A DNA stretch of 64,000 nucleotides, taken from IMG/VR virus record IMGVR_UViG_3300025362_000477. One strand, written 5' to 3'. Both the position numbers and the translations under genes were made by a program. Shown here one piece after another: positions 19,034 through 30,027 of the stretch. The DNA comes from a virus (Duplodnaviria > Caudoviricetes). Under the pieces are notes generated by a model. The model searched no databases. It worked only from the letters and a program-made list of their open reading frames with translations, and had not been told where the DNA came from. Within the stretch, counting starts at the first letter, position 1, and every line of letters starts with the position of its first letter.

Positions 19034-22000
19034 TTATACCTTCACATCCAACATCATACCAGCCATATAAATATTTAAAAGGTCTTTGGTTTTACCACCC
19101 TTCGGTTCTCTATATGCAGCTTCTCCATTCTGAATAACATCAAATATAATTTCTTCTTTAGTAGATGTATCATCTGATAGGGGCCCGAGTAATTCTCTTA
19201 ATAACGATTCAGCGCCATGTGCAGCAACTGCCCAAGTGTCCATCTCACCTAAACGCTGTCCACCGCCATTTTTAGCTCCAGCAACAGGTTGACCAGTACT
19301 CTCTGAATACTTAGATATAGACCTAGAAGAAACTTTATACTCGGATTGCTGTTCTAACTTTTTATAATATAACCACCCAACAGTTACTGGATTTTGTGTT
19401 ACTGTTCCATATTCTGGTAATTTTAATACATATTTATCTTTAGCTCCAACCAATTTAAGAGCTTTTTTAATCATATCTTTAGTTGGGGCTTGAAATGGAG
19501 GAACATATATTGGAAGAAATCCTCTCTCTTTAATATCTTTCACATATTGAGTATATTGGTTATCTGATAAAGACTTATATGATTTGACAATATTTTCAGA
19601 TAATTTTTTATCTTCAGTATTATCCATTTGTTTATAAACGGATTCTAACAATTTCAATGCCTTATCATTCTTTTTATAACCATATGCAATAACTCTTTTA
19701 GCAAGAAACTTCCCTATTAACCCAGTATACAATTCAAACAAAGTACTAGGGTTCATACGATTAATGATCGCAATTGCATTAATAATCACTTCTATTCTCT
19801 CACCCCACGGAGTTATTGGCATATTCTCATCTTTTTCAATAAGAGTCAAAACACCTTTACCACCATGGTTATTTGTGATTTTATCACCAACTTGACATCT
19901 ATCCATTCTCTCAATTTTAAATACAATACGAATACCCGGAAATGGTTTTTTAGATCCAGCATCATTCACCAAGAACTTCTTCGGGAATTCACCTTTCATT
20001 TCAACATATCTTTTCTTAAATTTATTGAATTGAGGAATTAGTACTGGAAATTTCTTCAATGATATATTCGGATATATTTCAATAGCTATAATCTTACCAC
20101 CAGGTGATGGTTTTACAAACTGACCATCTACTAACTCATCTTCTTCAACTTCCAATAATTCTTCAACCTCTTTAGATGATCTAATAATTAAAGGTTCTCC
20201 ATTTTTAGTATCAGCTCCTTCTTCAGCAATCATTTTAATTGTAGATGTCGCATCTATATTAATTGTTATCTCTTCATATACTGGTGATACAAAATATTTA
20301 TTAGCAACAGATTCCGAAATAATATATCCATCTTCAAATGAATATCCTTTCCATCCCATTACGGCAGCTAACAAATTCCGACCAACAGAAATAATACCAT
20401 TCTTAATATGTTTACCTTCAGCCAATATCTGACCTTCTTTAACCTTCTCGCCCTCTTTAATAACCGGATGAAAATAATTCAATGAACTTTTACCCTGAGC
20501 TGATTTTAATTTTTCAGTATTCAATGGAATTATATGAACCTTATTCTTAACATCTCTAACATAAATAGCATTCTCACTCATTCGAACAACTATACCATCA
20601 ACTGGACTTTTTCTAATATATGAATCACTTAAATTGGTAGTTAAGATAGTTTCAAAACCAGTCTGAGCAATAGGAGGTTGATTTCCCATAATCGGAACAG
20701 ATTGTCGAGTCTGAGATGCCCCAAACATTACACGACATCCATCACATGAACCAATATAAGGTACAATACTAGCACTAGTACTTAATATAGAAGCCTTTGC
20801 AGCAGTTGTCTTTTCAAACTCCCCAAATGACCCTCGAATATTTCCAATGGCAGCATCAACAGTCAATTGATTTATGATACCAACTGAATCATTCTCTGGT
20901 GTATCCATTGGATCATAATTACCATAATATGAATTATGTAGACTTCTAGATGGTTTAGTCATTGCCTTTTTATCTGCTAATCCACCAGGTCCAACAGGGG
21001 ATACTTTAGTCAAACTAGATAGTTCTTCAAATGGATTAATATTTTCAATACTTTGAACCAATTTATCATTCACAATATTTTTAACTAACTCACGAGTATC
21101 ACAATAAAATTCGGAATCATCATCACCATGCTCACGCTGAGATAGATATACGTTATATGATTTCAAAATCTGTTTTTGAATCTGATAATTGAAAATTTCA
21201 GCACTTCTGATTCTTTGTTTTGATATATCATTACGATCATCAACCCGACCAGCAACAAGTCCTTTACATATATAAATCATACATCCATCAAAAGTAATTG
21301 GTTGCATCTTTGTCTTCAAAACTTCTACAGATATAGGTTCCATTATATTTTCTAATACCGAATCAATCCGGAAAATACTATTTCTATTTTCGGTCTGTTT
21401 AATAATCAAATCTTTAAAGTTTTTCTTATCAGTCAATACTTCACTAGTTAAATCACCATTAATCTCTTTGAAAGAATTAATTAATATTAGATTTTCTTTC
21501 TTATCACCATCCCATTCAAATACTAAATATTTTCCATCAGCTAATTCAACATAATTCTTATGATCTATTGGCTTAGATAATTGAATATTATGTTTCATAC
21601 CAAATAAATTACACATTTCTGAAAATCCCATAAAATAAGATAATAGTAATCCAGTAGGTAACCAATATCCCCCTATCTGAGATTGAAAATAAGATTTATG
21701 TTTAGTTTCCTTCCAATGCGTAGCCACTGGAGCATACATGGTTTGTAGTTTTGCCTGACCAGGTTTAAAGAAAAAGATCGGATCAACAACTGATTGATAA
21801 ACAAGATATTTCTTATTACCATTAACTAAGAATGTTCCATCTGGTTGTATCTCAGGAATGTCAATTTCAACCTCATGACTTTGCTTATTATCATCTTGTA
21901 ATGTTATAGAATATCTGATCATTTTAGTTGGTTCTAGGTCACCAGGATCTACGGGAACAGATGCCTTTTTGAATGATGAGATTGTTAATGGAAATTTATC

Positions 22001-23143
22001 TTTTCGTTTTAGAATACTGAATGATTTCAGCAAATCAGATTCAAATGATTCAGAGAAATCAACATGACGTTTACTCATCACAGCACTAGGATTTTTATTT
22101 TCATTAATTGAATTTATATTCGTTTTCTTATACACTGGATCTCTAGATTCATTTCTATAAGAATCTGTTTTCAAAATAGTAGGAGCTATATCTCTTTTAA
22201 TCTTTTTTATAGCACTATCTAATTTCTGACTCGTGATATTCTTTGATATTCTCTCTGCCTTCTTTAAATCTTTTGTCATCCCATAAACTGATGCTTTAAC
22301 AACTAATCTTTTTGCAGATTCAGGATTTAGATTACTAGAATTGATAATAGATGATCTCTTTTTAAAAGGAAGCTTCATAATATATTGTCTAACAGCAATT
22401 GCAATATTATGATCCTTTTCTGTTTTAGTAAGAGCTTCAATCCTATCAGACACCTGTTCTATTTCTTCATTTTCTTGATTAATTGCATCATCTACCGGGC
22501 GAGTCTTTATCTGTTTTAATAGACTTAACAATCGACCAATGGCAATCTGTGAAGTAGGAGTCTTTAATAATGAATATTTAATAACCCCATTGGTATTAAC
22601 TGCCATCATTACATAATCAAAAGGAACTTTTTCTTTAGATCTAAACATACTATATAATATATATGCTCGTTTCTCGAAAATATTTTCTGGCATCGGTTTA
22701 TCTAAATCAACATAATACATAAGAATATTATCCCGATCAGAATATACTGATTTTGTAGAGGTTAGATAGGATTTAATCTTAGATGCAACAATAGGTCGGC
22801 GATATGATTGTTTCTTATATTTAGCATCGACCATATCTAAATACAATGAAGTATCAACAAACATATTTTTGATATATGGTTTATTCACCCGAACTGGACG
22901 CAACCCATTTGAAACTATTGAAGATAAAGAATTAGCATTCACGACTAGACGTGGAATTTGTGCTGGTATAACTGTACCAAATCTAACAAATTGTCTTCGT
23001 ATTCTTAATTTAGAAAAAGCATTGGAAAAACTCGTATTTTCCGGATAAAAAATCAAATTATAATTCTTACCCTGATCAGAAGTAGTGTATGCCACATCCT
23101 TAGTAGTGAAGGGGAATAGTTTAAGTTTCTTTATATCAATCAT
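19034..23143 (-). CDS. rpoB: Phage multisubunit RNA polymerase beta subunit with a long N-terminal extension
   Basis: GTFLVNG, DPMDTPENDSVG, GASQTRQSVP, GDKITNNHGGKGV and GGQRLGEMD motifs. Confidence 0.93.
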   Translation of the reverse strand: MIDIKKLKLFPFTTKDVAYTTSDQGKNYNLIFYPENTSFSNAFSKLRIRRQFVRFGTVIPAQIPRLVVNANSLSSIVSNGLRPVRVNKPYIKNMFVDTSLYLDMVDAKYKKQSYRRPIVASKIKSYLTSTKSVYSDRDNILMYYVDLDKPMPENIFEKRAYILYSMFRSKEKVPFDYVMMAVNTNGVIKYSLLKTPTSQIAIGRLLSLLKQIKTRPVDDAINQENEEIEQVSDRIEALTKTEKDHNIAIAVRQYIMKLPFKKRSSIINSSNLNPESAKRLVVKASVYGMTKDLKKAERISKNITSQKLDSAIKKIKRDIAPTILKTDSYRNESRDPVYKKTNINSINENKNPSAVMSKRHVDFSESFESDLLKSFSILKRKDKFPLTISSFKKASVPVDPGDLEPTKMIRYSITLQDDNKQSHEVEIDIPEIQPDGTFLVNGNKKYLVYQSVVDPIFFFKPGQAKLQTMYAPVATHWKETKHKSYFQSQIGGYWLPTGLLLSYFMGFSEMCNLFGMKHNIQLSKPIDHKNYVELADGKYLVFEWDGDKKENLILINSFKEINGDLTSEVLTDKKNFKDLIIKQTENRNSIFRIDSVLENIMEPISVEVLKTKMQPITFDGCMIYICKGLVAGRVDDRNDISKQRIRSAEIFNYQIQKQILKSYNVYLSQREHGDDDSEFYCDTRELVKNIVNDKLVQSIENINPFEELSSLTKVSPVGPGGLADKKAMTKPSRSLHNSYYGNYDPMDTPENDSVGIINQLTVDAAIGNIRGSFGEFEKTTAAKASILSTSASIVPYIGSCDGCRVMFGASQTRQSVPIMGNQPPIAQTGFETILTTNLSDSYIRKSPVDGIVVRMSENAIYVRDVKNKVHIIPLNTEKLKSAQGKSSLNYFHPVIKEGEKVKEGQILAEGKHIKNGIISVGRNLLAAVMGWKGYSFEDGYIISESVANKYFVSPVYEEITINIDATSTIKMIAEEGADTKNGEPLIIRSSKEVEELLEVEEDELVDGQFVKPSPGGKIIAIEIYPNISLKKFPVLIPQFNKFKKRYVEMKGEFPKKFLVNDAGSKKPFPGIRIVFKIERMDRCQVGDKITNNHGGKGVLTLIEKDENMPITPWGERIEVIINAIAIINRMNPSTLFELYTGLIGKFLAKRVIAYGYKKNDKALKLLESVYKQMDNTEDKKLSENIVKSYKSLSDNQYTQYVKDIKERGFLPIYVPPFQAPTKDMIKKALKLVGAKDKYVLKLPEYGTVTQNPVTVGWLYYKKLEQQSEYKVSSRSISKYSESTGQPVAGAKNGGGQRLGEMDTWAVAAHGAESLLRELLGPLSDDTSTKEEIIFDVIQNGEAAYREPKGGKTKDLLNIYMAGMMLDVKV

Positions 23144-23152
23144 TAATTACCT

Positions 23153-26100
23153 CTAAAAATTTCCGGTTACAAGTTTCTCTAAAAGAGATTCGTCAGTGGG
23201 TCTATCATATATCAATCCAGTAGTAATGGAAGCTTTCGGATCCTCAAATGCCAATGCTTGAAGCCAAGATTCCAATTTCGGAATAGCCTTTGGGCCTCTT
23301 ACAACTGGATCATAATTCGGATTCAATCTTGCAGGATATGCAGGATTCCCCTTATCTCTAAGGAGATTGGATGCTAGAACTTCTAAATGAATCATATCAG
23401 TATTAGTATTCAATGTCAAATATTGATCATAAATTTTCATAAGAAAATGATCAGCGTTTTTGTAAGGAGTTCGACCAGAAAATAAAGATTCAATGATCTT
23501 AACCTGTTCTGAGAAAGCATCATTTGTTGGTACAGTATTTAATACTATCGATCCCTTCTTATAAGTAATAATAATAGCCTTAGCATCTTGTTTTATTTGC
23601 TTATCAGTTAAATCAATTTCAATTTTATTATCTAAGGTCACACTTGTGACAGTATCAGCATAGTTCAAATTAAAATAACCATAATTTAAATTAAGACTGG
23701 TTTTTGTTAATTCAATATCCTTTTTAGAATCTAAATAGTCAGCCATTGAAATATAAATGGAACCATCACTTAAAGCATGGAGTTCTGATGTGGTCTGTTT
23801 GAAATGTCTTTCTAATAATCTCTTATGTGATGAATCTAACATTCTAGAGATCTCAGACATGATATCCATTGTCTTAATAGATACACTACCACCAGTATGG
23901 AATGTCATCATAATCGTCTGAGTCAATCTTTCACCGCATATTTCCCCTGCTAGAATCCCAACATACTTTGTTTTGTTACGCATCATCATATCCCCATAAC
24001 AAGTACGACATAGTGATGGAGTAGTACAATACATGGGGGATCTCAGATGAACCACTTTGTTCATATGCTGTGATTTGTTGAAAGGGACAATTTTCCTCTC
24101 ATCATCAACGATATATCGACCTTCTAATCGACTGGCAATATCTGCATCAACTTTTATCGTAACAAACCTCTTAGTTCTACAATCTTTAATTCGTGGATCG
24201 GCTTCAACTCGTTGAAGTGCCGATACCAATTGTCGTGATAGATACCCAGTATCCGAAGTATTCAATACCCTATCAATAATACCTTTTCTCGAACCATAAC
24301 CACTTTCAAAATATTCATCGCTCTCAAATCCATCACTATAACTATTTTTTATAACACGAATACCACCATTTGGATCTACAAGCAATCCTTTCGCAACTAA
24401 GATCTGTCTTGATTGTTTATAACCATTCTTCAATCCTCCAGCCTTACCTATAATACCAATATTAGTGCCATTTTCCTCAACATGCTTTTGTAATGCATCG
24501 GTCATTCTATCTGTTATGAGACTAGCTTCTACAGGATCTTTAGCAGTATCTAACTCATCTTTCATTTTCATTATATGAGCAGGAATCTCAAAATCAGAAA
24601 GACTAAAACTTGGTGCCATAATAGTATAATATTTCATACCCAATTTAACAGACTCATGACAGAATTTTACATATGTTGGATTCCCATCTTCATGTTTATA
24701 GTCATTATATATTAAAGCTGCTAATTTATTGATTTCTTTTTTTCCTGTTGGTACATTAGTATGATATTTTTTAGAAGGTAATACCTTATTAAACATCACA
24801 CGACCAACTGTTGTGACCTTACCATCATATTTTATTATATCAATAGGAGACATTTCTGTTAATTGCCTATCATCCCTAATGACTATTGGAGCTCGTTCTG
24901 ATTTACTATCCTGAGTGAGAGCATATAATCCGATAACCATATCTTTTGAAAAGTCATCACTGATAGTCCCCATTGCATCCTTAGATTCAGAATTTATCAT
25001 TTTATCTTTAGTTTCTTGGATAGATTCTTTTGTTATAGGCACATAAATGGCCATTCTATCTCCATCAAAATCTGCATTATAAGCTCCACATTTTAAAATA
25101 TTTAATTTGATAGTATTACCATCAACCATTACCGGTTTGAACCCCTGAACAGACTCTGCATGGAGTGCTGGATCACGTTTAGCTAATACAACCTTACCAG
25201 CAATTGCTCGATTCACAGAAGCTTTTACCATTGTTTCTAATTCATCTGGGAGCTTAAATTTTTTATTAATACTAGACATTAAACGACGAGTAGATGGGAT
25301 ACTAAATGTTTGTCCATTAAAATCTAATAGAAGTTCAGCAAATTTCTTCTGATCAATATTCCCACTATTATGAATATCATAAATGATAAATGGTTCAAAT
25401 AGTTTAACTAACATCATAAAAGGGATACCGATTTCATCAATCTTAATCTCTGTAGCTGCACCAGTAATGACAGCCCCACCACTAAAATCAATTCTCTTTC
25501 CTAATATATTTTGACGAACAATACCCTGTTTCTTTGAAATCTTCTGAATGATATAATTGTATAAATCACTAACCAACTCATGCATCTTAGATGCAAGAAT
25601 ATCATACATCGGACCTTCCGTTAAAGAAATAGATTCCAATTGAATGGACTGTCTTAATATTTTAACATAATAATCATTAATTGGTTTAACTCTCATACCA
25701 CCAGAAATTTCATCAATTTCTGCATCTCTTGATGATGCTGGTATAACTATGCACTTATCAACGAAAACCATATCATGTTTCAAATAATTCATAATCATAT
25801 TTTTAACATCAATTCTCTTCTGATCAGTTTCTTCCCTTGAAATCATTTTCTCAAAATTTTTCACAACAGAAGTTATCCCATTAATATCACCTTCAGGATC
25901 AGCAATTAAAGTTCCTTTATCATCAAATCGAAATGCCTGCTTTCTTTCAATTGCTTCAATAATTTTTCTATTTAATGTCCATATTGGCTTAACTAATGCT
26001 GGATGAATAATTTTACAATGTAATTCAATATATGATAAAGTCTTTCGTCGTTCAGGGGAATCCTTTGCACCAAAGATCTTTTCAGAAAATAAACCTTCAG

Positions 26101-26200
26101 GATGTAATACTACACCTTTGCCAACAACATAATCCGGAGTGGTCACTGGGTCCATCAATTGTGTTATTTTTTTAATATCTGACAGATATATTTGGTTCAT
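23153..26200 (-). CDS. rpoC: Phage multisubunit RNA polymerase beta' subunit
   Basis: Catalytic NADFDGD; LGKRIDFSG, RDPALH, TSDTGYLSRQL, RSPMYC..CRTCYG and TQTIMMTFHTGG motifs; start MNQIY after an AGGAG RBS. Confidence 0.95.
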   Translation of the reverse strand: MNQIYLSDIKKITQLMDPVTTPDYVVGKGVVLHPEGLFSEKIFGAKDSPERRKTLSYIELHCKIIHPALVKPIWTLNRKIIEAIERKQAFRFDDKGTLIADPEGDINGITSVVKNFEKMISREETDQKRIDVKNMIMNYLKHDMVFVDKCIVIPASSRDAEIDEISGGMRVKPINDYYVKILRQSIQLESISLTEGPMYDILASKMHELVSDLYNYIIQKISKKQGIVRQNILGKRIDFSGGAVITGAATEIKIDEIGIPFMMLVKLFEPFIIYDIHNSGNIDQKKFAELLLDFNGQTFSIPSTRRLMSSINKKFKLPDELETMVKASVNRAIAGKVVLAKRDPALHAESVQGFKPVMVDGNTIKLNILKCGAYNADFDGDRMAIYVPITKESIQETKDKMINSESKDAMGTISDDFSKDMVIGLYALTQDSKSERAPIVIRDDRQLTEMSPIDIIKYDGKVTTVGRVMFNKVLPSKKYHTNVPTGKKEINKLAALIYNDYKHEDGNPTYVKFCHESVKLGMKYYTIMAPSFSLSDFEIPAHIMKMKDELDTAKDPVEASLITDRMTDALQKHVEENGTNIGIIGKAGGLKNGYKQSRQILVAKGLLVDPNGGIRVIKNSYSDGFESDEYFESGYGSRKGIIDRVLNTSDTGYLSRQLVSALQRVEADPRIKDCRTKRFVTIKVDADIASRLEGRYIVDDERKIVPFNKSQHMNKVVHLRSPMYCTTPSLCRTCYGDMMMRNKTKYVGILAGEICGERLTQTIMMTFHTGGSVSIKTMDIMSEISRMLDSSHKRLLERHFKQTTSELHALSDGSIYISMADYLDSKKDIELTKTSLNLNYGYFNLNYADTVTSVTLDNKIEIDLTDKQIKQDAKAIIITYKKGSIVLNTVPTNDAFSEQVKIIESLFSGRTPYKNADHFLMKIYDQYLTLNTNTDMIHLEVLASNLLRDKGNPAYPARLNPNYDPVVRGPKAIPKLESWLQALAFEDPKASITTGLIYDRPTDESLLEKLVTGNF

Positions 26201-26211
26201 GAAAAAATCTC

Positions 26212-26610
26212 CTAGTTGAGCTTTTTGGGATCCCATCGTTCTGGTGATGGTTTCAAAGATTGACTAACAGGAATTTTAGTCTGTCTCTTCTTCAGTTGCT
26301 CTCTATATTGTTTGTATTTCATTCGCTCTTTTTGTAATTGTATAGAAAAATATTTTATCTTTTTATTTAATGATCCTTTAGATACGGAACCATTCTTTAA
26401 TTTATTTAATGTAGAAATGATCTGTGTATAACCTCTCATTCTACAGGTACTAGAACATACCTTCACTTGAAAATTATAATCAGGACCATTTTTAATACTC
26501 TTCCTGCATTTATCAGAGCATTTCTTTAACATCTCTTTTGCAGCACTAGATGCAGCAAAAACAGAATTCTCAAAAAGAATAACTCTAGTAAAAATTTTGT
26601 CAGTATCCAT
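26212..26610 (-). CDS. Basic protein with a twin CX3C motif
   Basis: CSDKC...CSSTC followed by a predicted coiled coil; resembles the C-terminus of 53502-54404. Confidence 0.6.
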   Translation of the reverse strand: MDTDKIFTRVILFENSVFAASSAAKEMLKKCSDKCRKSIKNGPDYNFQVKVCSSTCRMRGYTQIISTLNKLKNGSVSKGSLNKKIKYFSIQLQKERMKYKQYREQLKKRQTKIPVSQSLKPSPERWDPKKLN

Positions 26611-26762
26611 TAATAATCCTTTTACTATTTGTTCGGATTTATTATAAAGGATACTTTTAGCTAACCAAAAAAAGCCGAAGCCCTTTCTTTAAGGATAATA
26701 TATACATGGTTTAGTTTTATCTAGTAGATGAATAATAACACCATGCAATCCCAGTTCTAAGA

Positions 26763-28133
26763 TTACTTATTTTTTTGGTACCAATCGATACCTTGGTCTG
26801 CTGTTTTAAACTTCCCATCCATCTGAGCATCATAGATTTTCTGTAGAATGGACCCAAATGTCTTATTTGGAATCAATCCCATATCAATTAAATGCCTGCC
26901 GAAAACGATCCGTTTAGGTCTTGAATCATAAACTTCTAATTCTCGAGCTTGTTTTCTCAACCAATCCTCAGCGTAATCAAAATGAGATTCAACTGGTCCT
27001 CGACCCATCTTATCACAAGTTGAAACCCAAGTTAACCAATCGATTCTCCCAACTCTATTTGCCAATCTTCGAATAGCAGATTTGGAAGCCCCTGTAGCAG
27101 CAAATGTTGTCGGTGCCATATGATTAGTAACCAATGAAACTACACTTTCAATAATGAAATTTGGTTTCTTCTGATTACTAGAACCCATCAATCGGGACAT
27201 GAATGAGCGAGTAGGTTCTTTTCCTGCATATTCATGCCGTCTTGATCTGATTTGACCATCAATGAATTCAGTCGTTGCTGGCTTACCAAAGTCATGACAT
27301 AACACAGCGAACCCACATATAATCTGATCTTCAACATCTTCCATACCTCTGAGAGATGCGAAAGCGTCCATACAAAGTCCTGTATGGATAAAAACATCAC
27401 CTTCAGGATGCCATTCAGAATCTTGTTCCACTCCAATCAAATCACGAAGTTCTGGATAATAATCAATCCATCCAGTATCAACCAAAAACTTTAAAGCTTT
27501 TGATATATAGATTCCTTTTGTGATCAATTTTTTCCATTCTTCTAAAATGCGTTCTCGAGACAGATCAAATTGACACAACCCTTTACATAACTCCAAGGTT
27601 AATGAATCAACATCCAAATCAAATCTAGCAACAAACTGCATTCCCCGAAGTACCCGTAAAGGATCCTCTGAAAATGCACTTGATGTATGCCGTAAAATTT
27701 TAGCATGGAGATCACGAAGCCCATCAAAGGGATCAATGATAATATCATTGATCGGATCATATGCCATTGAATTAATTGTGAAATCTCGGCGAGATGCAGC
27801 TTCTCCAGGGGTCATTGATGGATCACCTTCAATAGTAAAACCTTTATGACCATCCCCAGTTTTAGAATCTCGTCGTGGGATTGAAATATCAATATCATGA
27901 TGTTTGACCTTAATAACACCAAAGGATTTTCCAACGATATCAATATCAAATCCGTTTTTTACCAAGGTATCAATGATACTATCAATATCGAGATTGTAAA
28001 TCTCAAGATCAATATCCTTGAACTCGGCTCCGATGATGCTATCTCTCACAGCACCACCGACAACATAAGTCAATCCACCAGAACCACGAATGATATTGCA
28101 AATGCTCATTACTAAATCAGGTAGTTTCATCAT
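26763..28133 (-). CDS. cca: CCA-adding tRNA nucleotidyltransferase with HD domain
   Basis: GGAVRD..DIDL, RRDFTIN, EDPLRVLR, WHPEG..H and LCHDFGK motifs; internal AAAGGA RBS before ATG 28133. Confidence 0.9.
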   Translation of the reverse strand: MMKLPDLVMSICNIIRGSGGLTYVVGGAVRDSIIGAEFKDIDLEIYNLDIDSIIDTLVKNGFDIDIVGKSFGVIKVKHHDIDISIPRRDSKTGDGHKGFTIEGDPSMTPGEAASRRDFTINSMAYDPINDIIIDPFDGLRDLHAKILRHTSSAFSEDPLRVLRGMQFVARFDLDVDSLTLELCKGLCQFDLSRERILEEWKKLITKGIYISKALKFLVDTGWIDYYPELRDLIGVEQDSEWHPEGDVFIHTGLCMDAFASLRGMEDVEDQIICGFAVLCHDFGKPATTEFIDGQIRSRRHEYAGKEPTRSFMSRLMGSSNQKKPNFIIESVVSLVTNHMAPTTFAATGASKSAIRRLANRVGRIDWLTWVSTCDKMGRGPVESHFDYAEDWLRKQARELEVYDSRPKRIVFGRHLIDMGLIPNKTFGSILQKIYDAQMDGKFKTADQGIDWYQKNK

Positions 28134-28751
28134 GAATCCTTTCATCTTTAAGTTGATCTTCCGCCATTTTTTAACTGCCGGTTCCATCATACCAGCAACT
28201 ACTGACCAATGAGTCAATTGATCTGGAGTGATCTCTCTCGGCTTATGCTTTAGATTGGCCTTCTTAGCACACTCGTTACATAGAAGGGCAATATGTGTGT
28301 GATCGACTAGGAACCAGCTAGCACCTGTGATCTTACACATCCGTTTGATATCCTCCTTTTCAAGAGGATATGGAACCAATATAGGATTATCTCGAACAGC
28401 ATCTTCTCTGGCAAGATTCATTTGATCAAAGAAATTAATCTTCTCATCAGACTCAGCAGTTTTCAATTCAATCTTCTTGAGTGAAATAATCATCTGAGCA
28501 TATACATCCTGTAAGGTAGTACCAGCAACCTGACAACCCCAACAACGAGGTACTGGAGGAGTAGTAGTAGATTCACCAATTCGTTTCTTTTTAGCCATTC
28601 TCTTCTTCAATTCAAGCATATCATGTTCATGCTTCAACGTATTAGCCTGATTAGCTTCCTGATGGATCTTACATGCTCTACCATCCTTATATTGGAAGGA
28701 TTTTCTGCGAGATACTTCTATCCCGCAGATATTACAAATAAAATTTTTCAT
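28117..28751 (-). CDS. Cys-rich zinc-finger protein, apparently fused in frame to cca (possible A6/A7 indel)
   Basis: CNIC, CKIH, CWGC and CNEC motifs; ATGA-coupled start at 28751. Confidence 0.5.
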
Positions 28752-29221
28752 TTCACATCCCTTATTAACCAATCAGGATCTCCACCATAGAACCGGAGTT
28801 TATTTAAAATATCGAACTCATTAAGTCGACCTTTAATTTCAAATAACTCAATCCATTGATGGAATTTCAATAAAGCATACAAACCATTATTATAATAATC
28901 TTTATACTCATTACATATTGGATTGGAACATTTTTTATCTTCCGGTAACCATAAGTTAATATTTTTCTCTATCAACTCTGCGAGTTTAGTTGAATCTTTT
29001 GTAGATTCAATTATTATCACTTCTCGTCGTATGCAATTACATACTTCGCAAACGACAACTTTTAGTTTCTTCACGAAGAATCGATCGAAGTAATAATTTT
29101 CATCAATCTCCTTTTTCAGAAGATTATATGCTAAATCAACTACTCCATTTTCTTGGAGAAATTTCTTAGCATTAGTGATGGAATTGAATTGTTCCATCGG
29201 GAACTCTTCAATTTTAAACAT
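28748..29221 (-). CDS. Hypothetical protein with CxxC motifs
   Basis: CEVC..CSNPIC motifs. Confidence 0.6.
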   Translation of the reverse strand: MFKIEEFPMEQFNSITNAKKFLQENGVVDLAYNLLKKEIDENYYFDRFFVKKLKVVVCEVCNCIRREVIIIESTKDSTKLAELIEKNINLWLPEDKKCSNPICNEYKDYYNNGLYALLKFHQWIELFEIKGRLNEFDILNKLRFYGGDPDWLIRDVK

Positions 29222-29251
29222 ATTATACCTTTCTGTTAAATTGAGAAAAAT

Positions 29252-29291
29252 AAACCATTGTCTCTTATATAAAAATAAGAGACAATGGTTT
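29252..29291. terminator. Terminator-like inverted repeat
   Basis: AAACCATTGTCTCTTAT / ATAAGAGACAATGGTTT perfect arms with a 6-nt loop. Confidence 0.7.
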
Positions 29292-29307
29292 TAAACAATC
29301 AGATGAC

Positions 29308-29742
29308 TTAATCGTCAATATTATCCGCATGCTCAACCGGATCATCGACTATGTCGACAACATTAGCCATAATGGCTTCTATAGCCACCTGAAAGGACTT
29401 CTCGTACCGAGTCATGGAACGAGAGCTGATCTGTACCATATCGATACATGATTTAACAATCCCGATCACAGGATCGATCAAGATCGAATACAATTCAACA
29501 AGTGAAGTATACACCGGCACCAGAAGTGCTGCATGATTTATTACCGACTCACCGAACGCAATAATATAACGTTCGATTTCTTCATCACTCTTTCCCTCGA
29601 GAGAGTTCACTACTGTGTGAATCTGTACAGCTACGTCATCAATGTCTTTTTTGGCTTTCTTAGCCATAATCTTTGTGAATAAGTTCATGATACTTATTCC
29701 TTTTTTTGTTATTACTAGTAACACGATATGATACACCACCAT
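29308..29742 (-). CDS. Hypothetical protein
   Basis: ORF; the true start is probably MNLFTK. Confidence 0.55.
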   Translation of the reverse strand: MVVYHIVLLVITKKGISIMNLFTKIMAKKAKKDIDDVAVQIHTVVNSLEGKSDEEIERYIIAFGESVINHAALLVPVYTSLVELYSILIDPVIGIVKSCIDMVQISSRSMTRYEKSFQVAIEAIMANVVDIVDDPVEHADNIDD

Positions 29743-29805
29743 GGCACGGAATCGATTTTATCATCCGTTCATCATCCAACCCCTTTATAAAATATAAAGG
29801 GGATT

Positions 29806-30027
29806 TTAATTATTCCACCAATCTGTCCCATCCTCTATATGGGTTTGAAGCCATTCCTTTTTCTCGACTTCATGATCTTCTTGACGTACTTTCGCACGTC
29901 TCTTTGCCTGGGTCTTTCTACCACCTCTTTGGCCTAACTCAGACATTGAAATACCCTCGTTCATGGCATATTCAAAGAGATTCATACTACCTCCTTGATC
30001 CGAGTATTCTCTGGAAGAGAAACCCAT
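29806..30027 (-). CDS. Small basic protein with a KGG-like motif
   Basis: SELGQRGGRKT resembles KGG stress-protein repeats. Confidence 0.5.
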   Translation of the reverse strand: MGFSSREYSDQGGSMNLFEYAMNEGISMSELGQRGGRKTQAKRRAKVRQEDHEVEKKEWLQTHIEDGTDWWNN

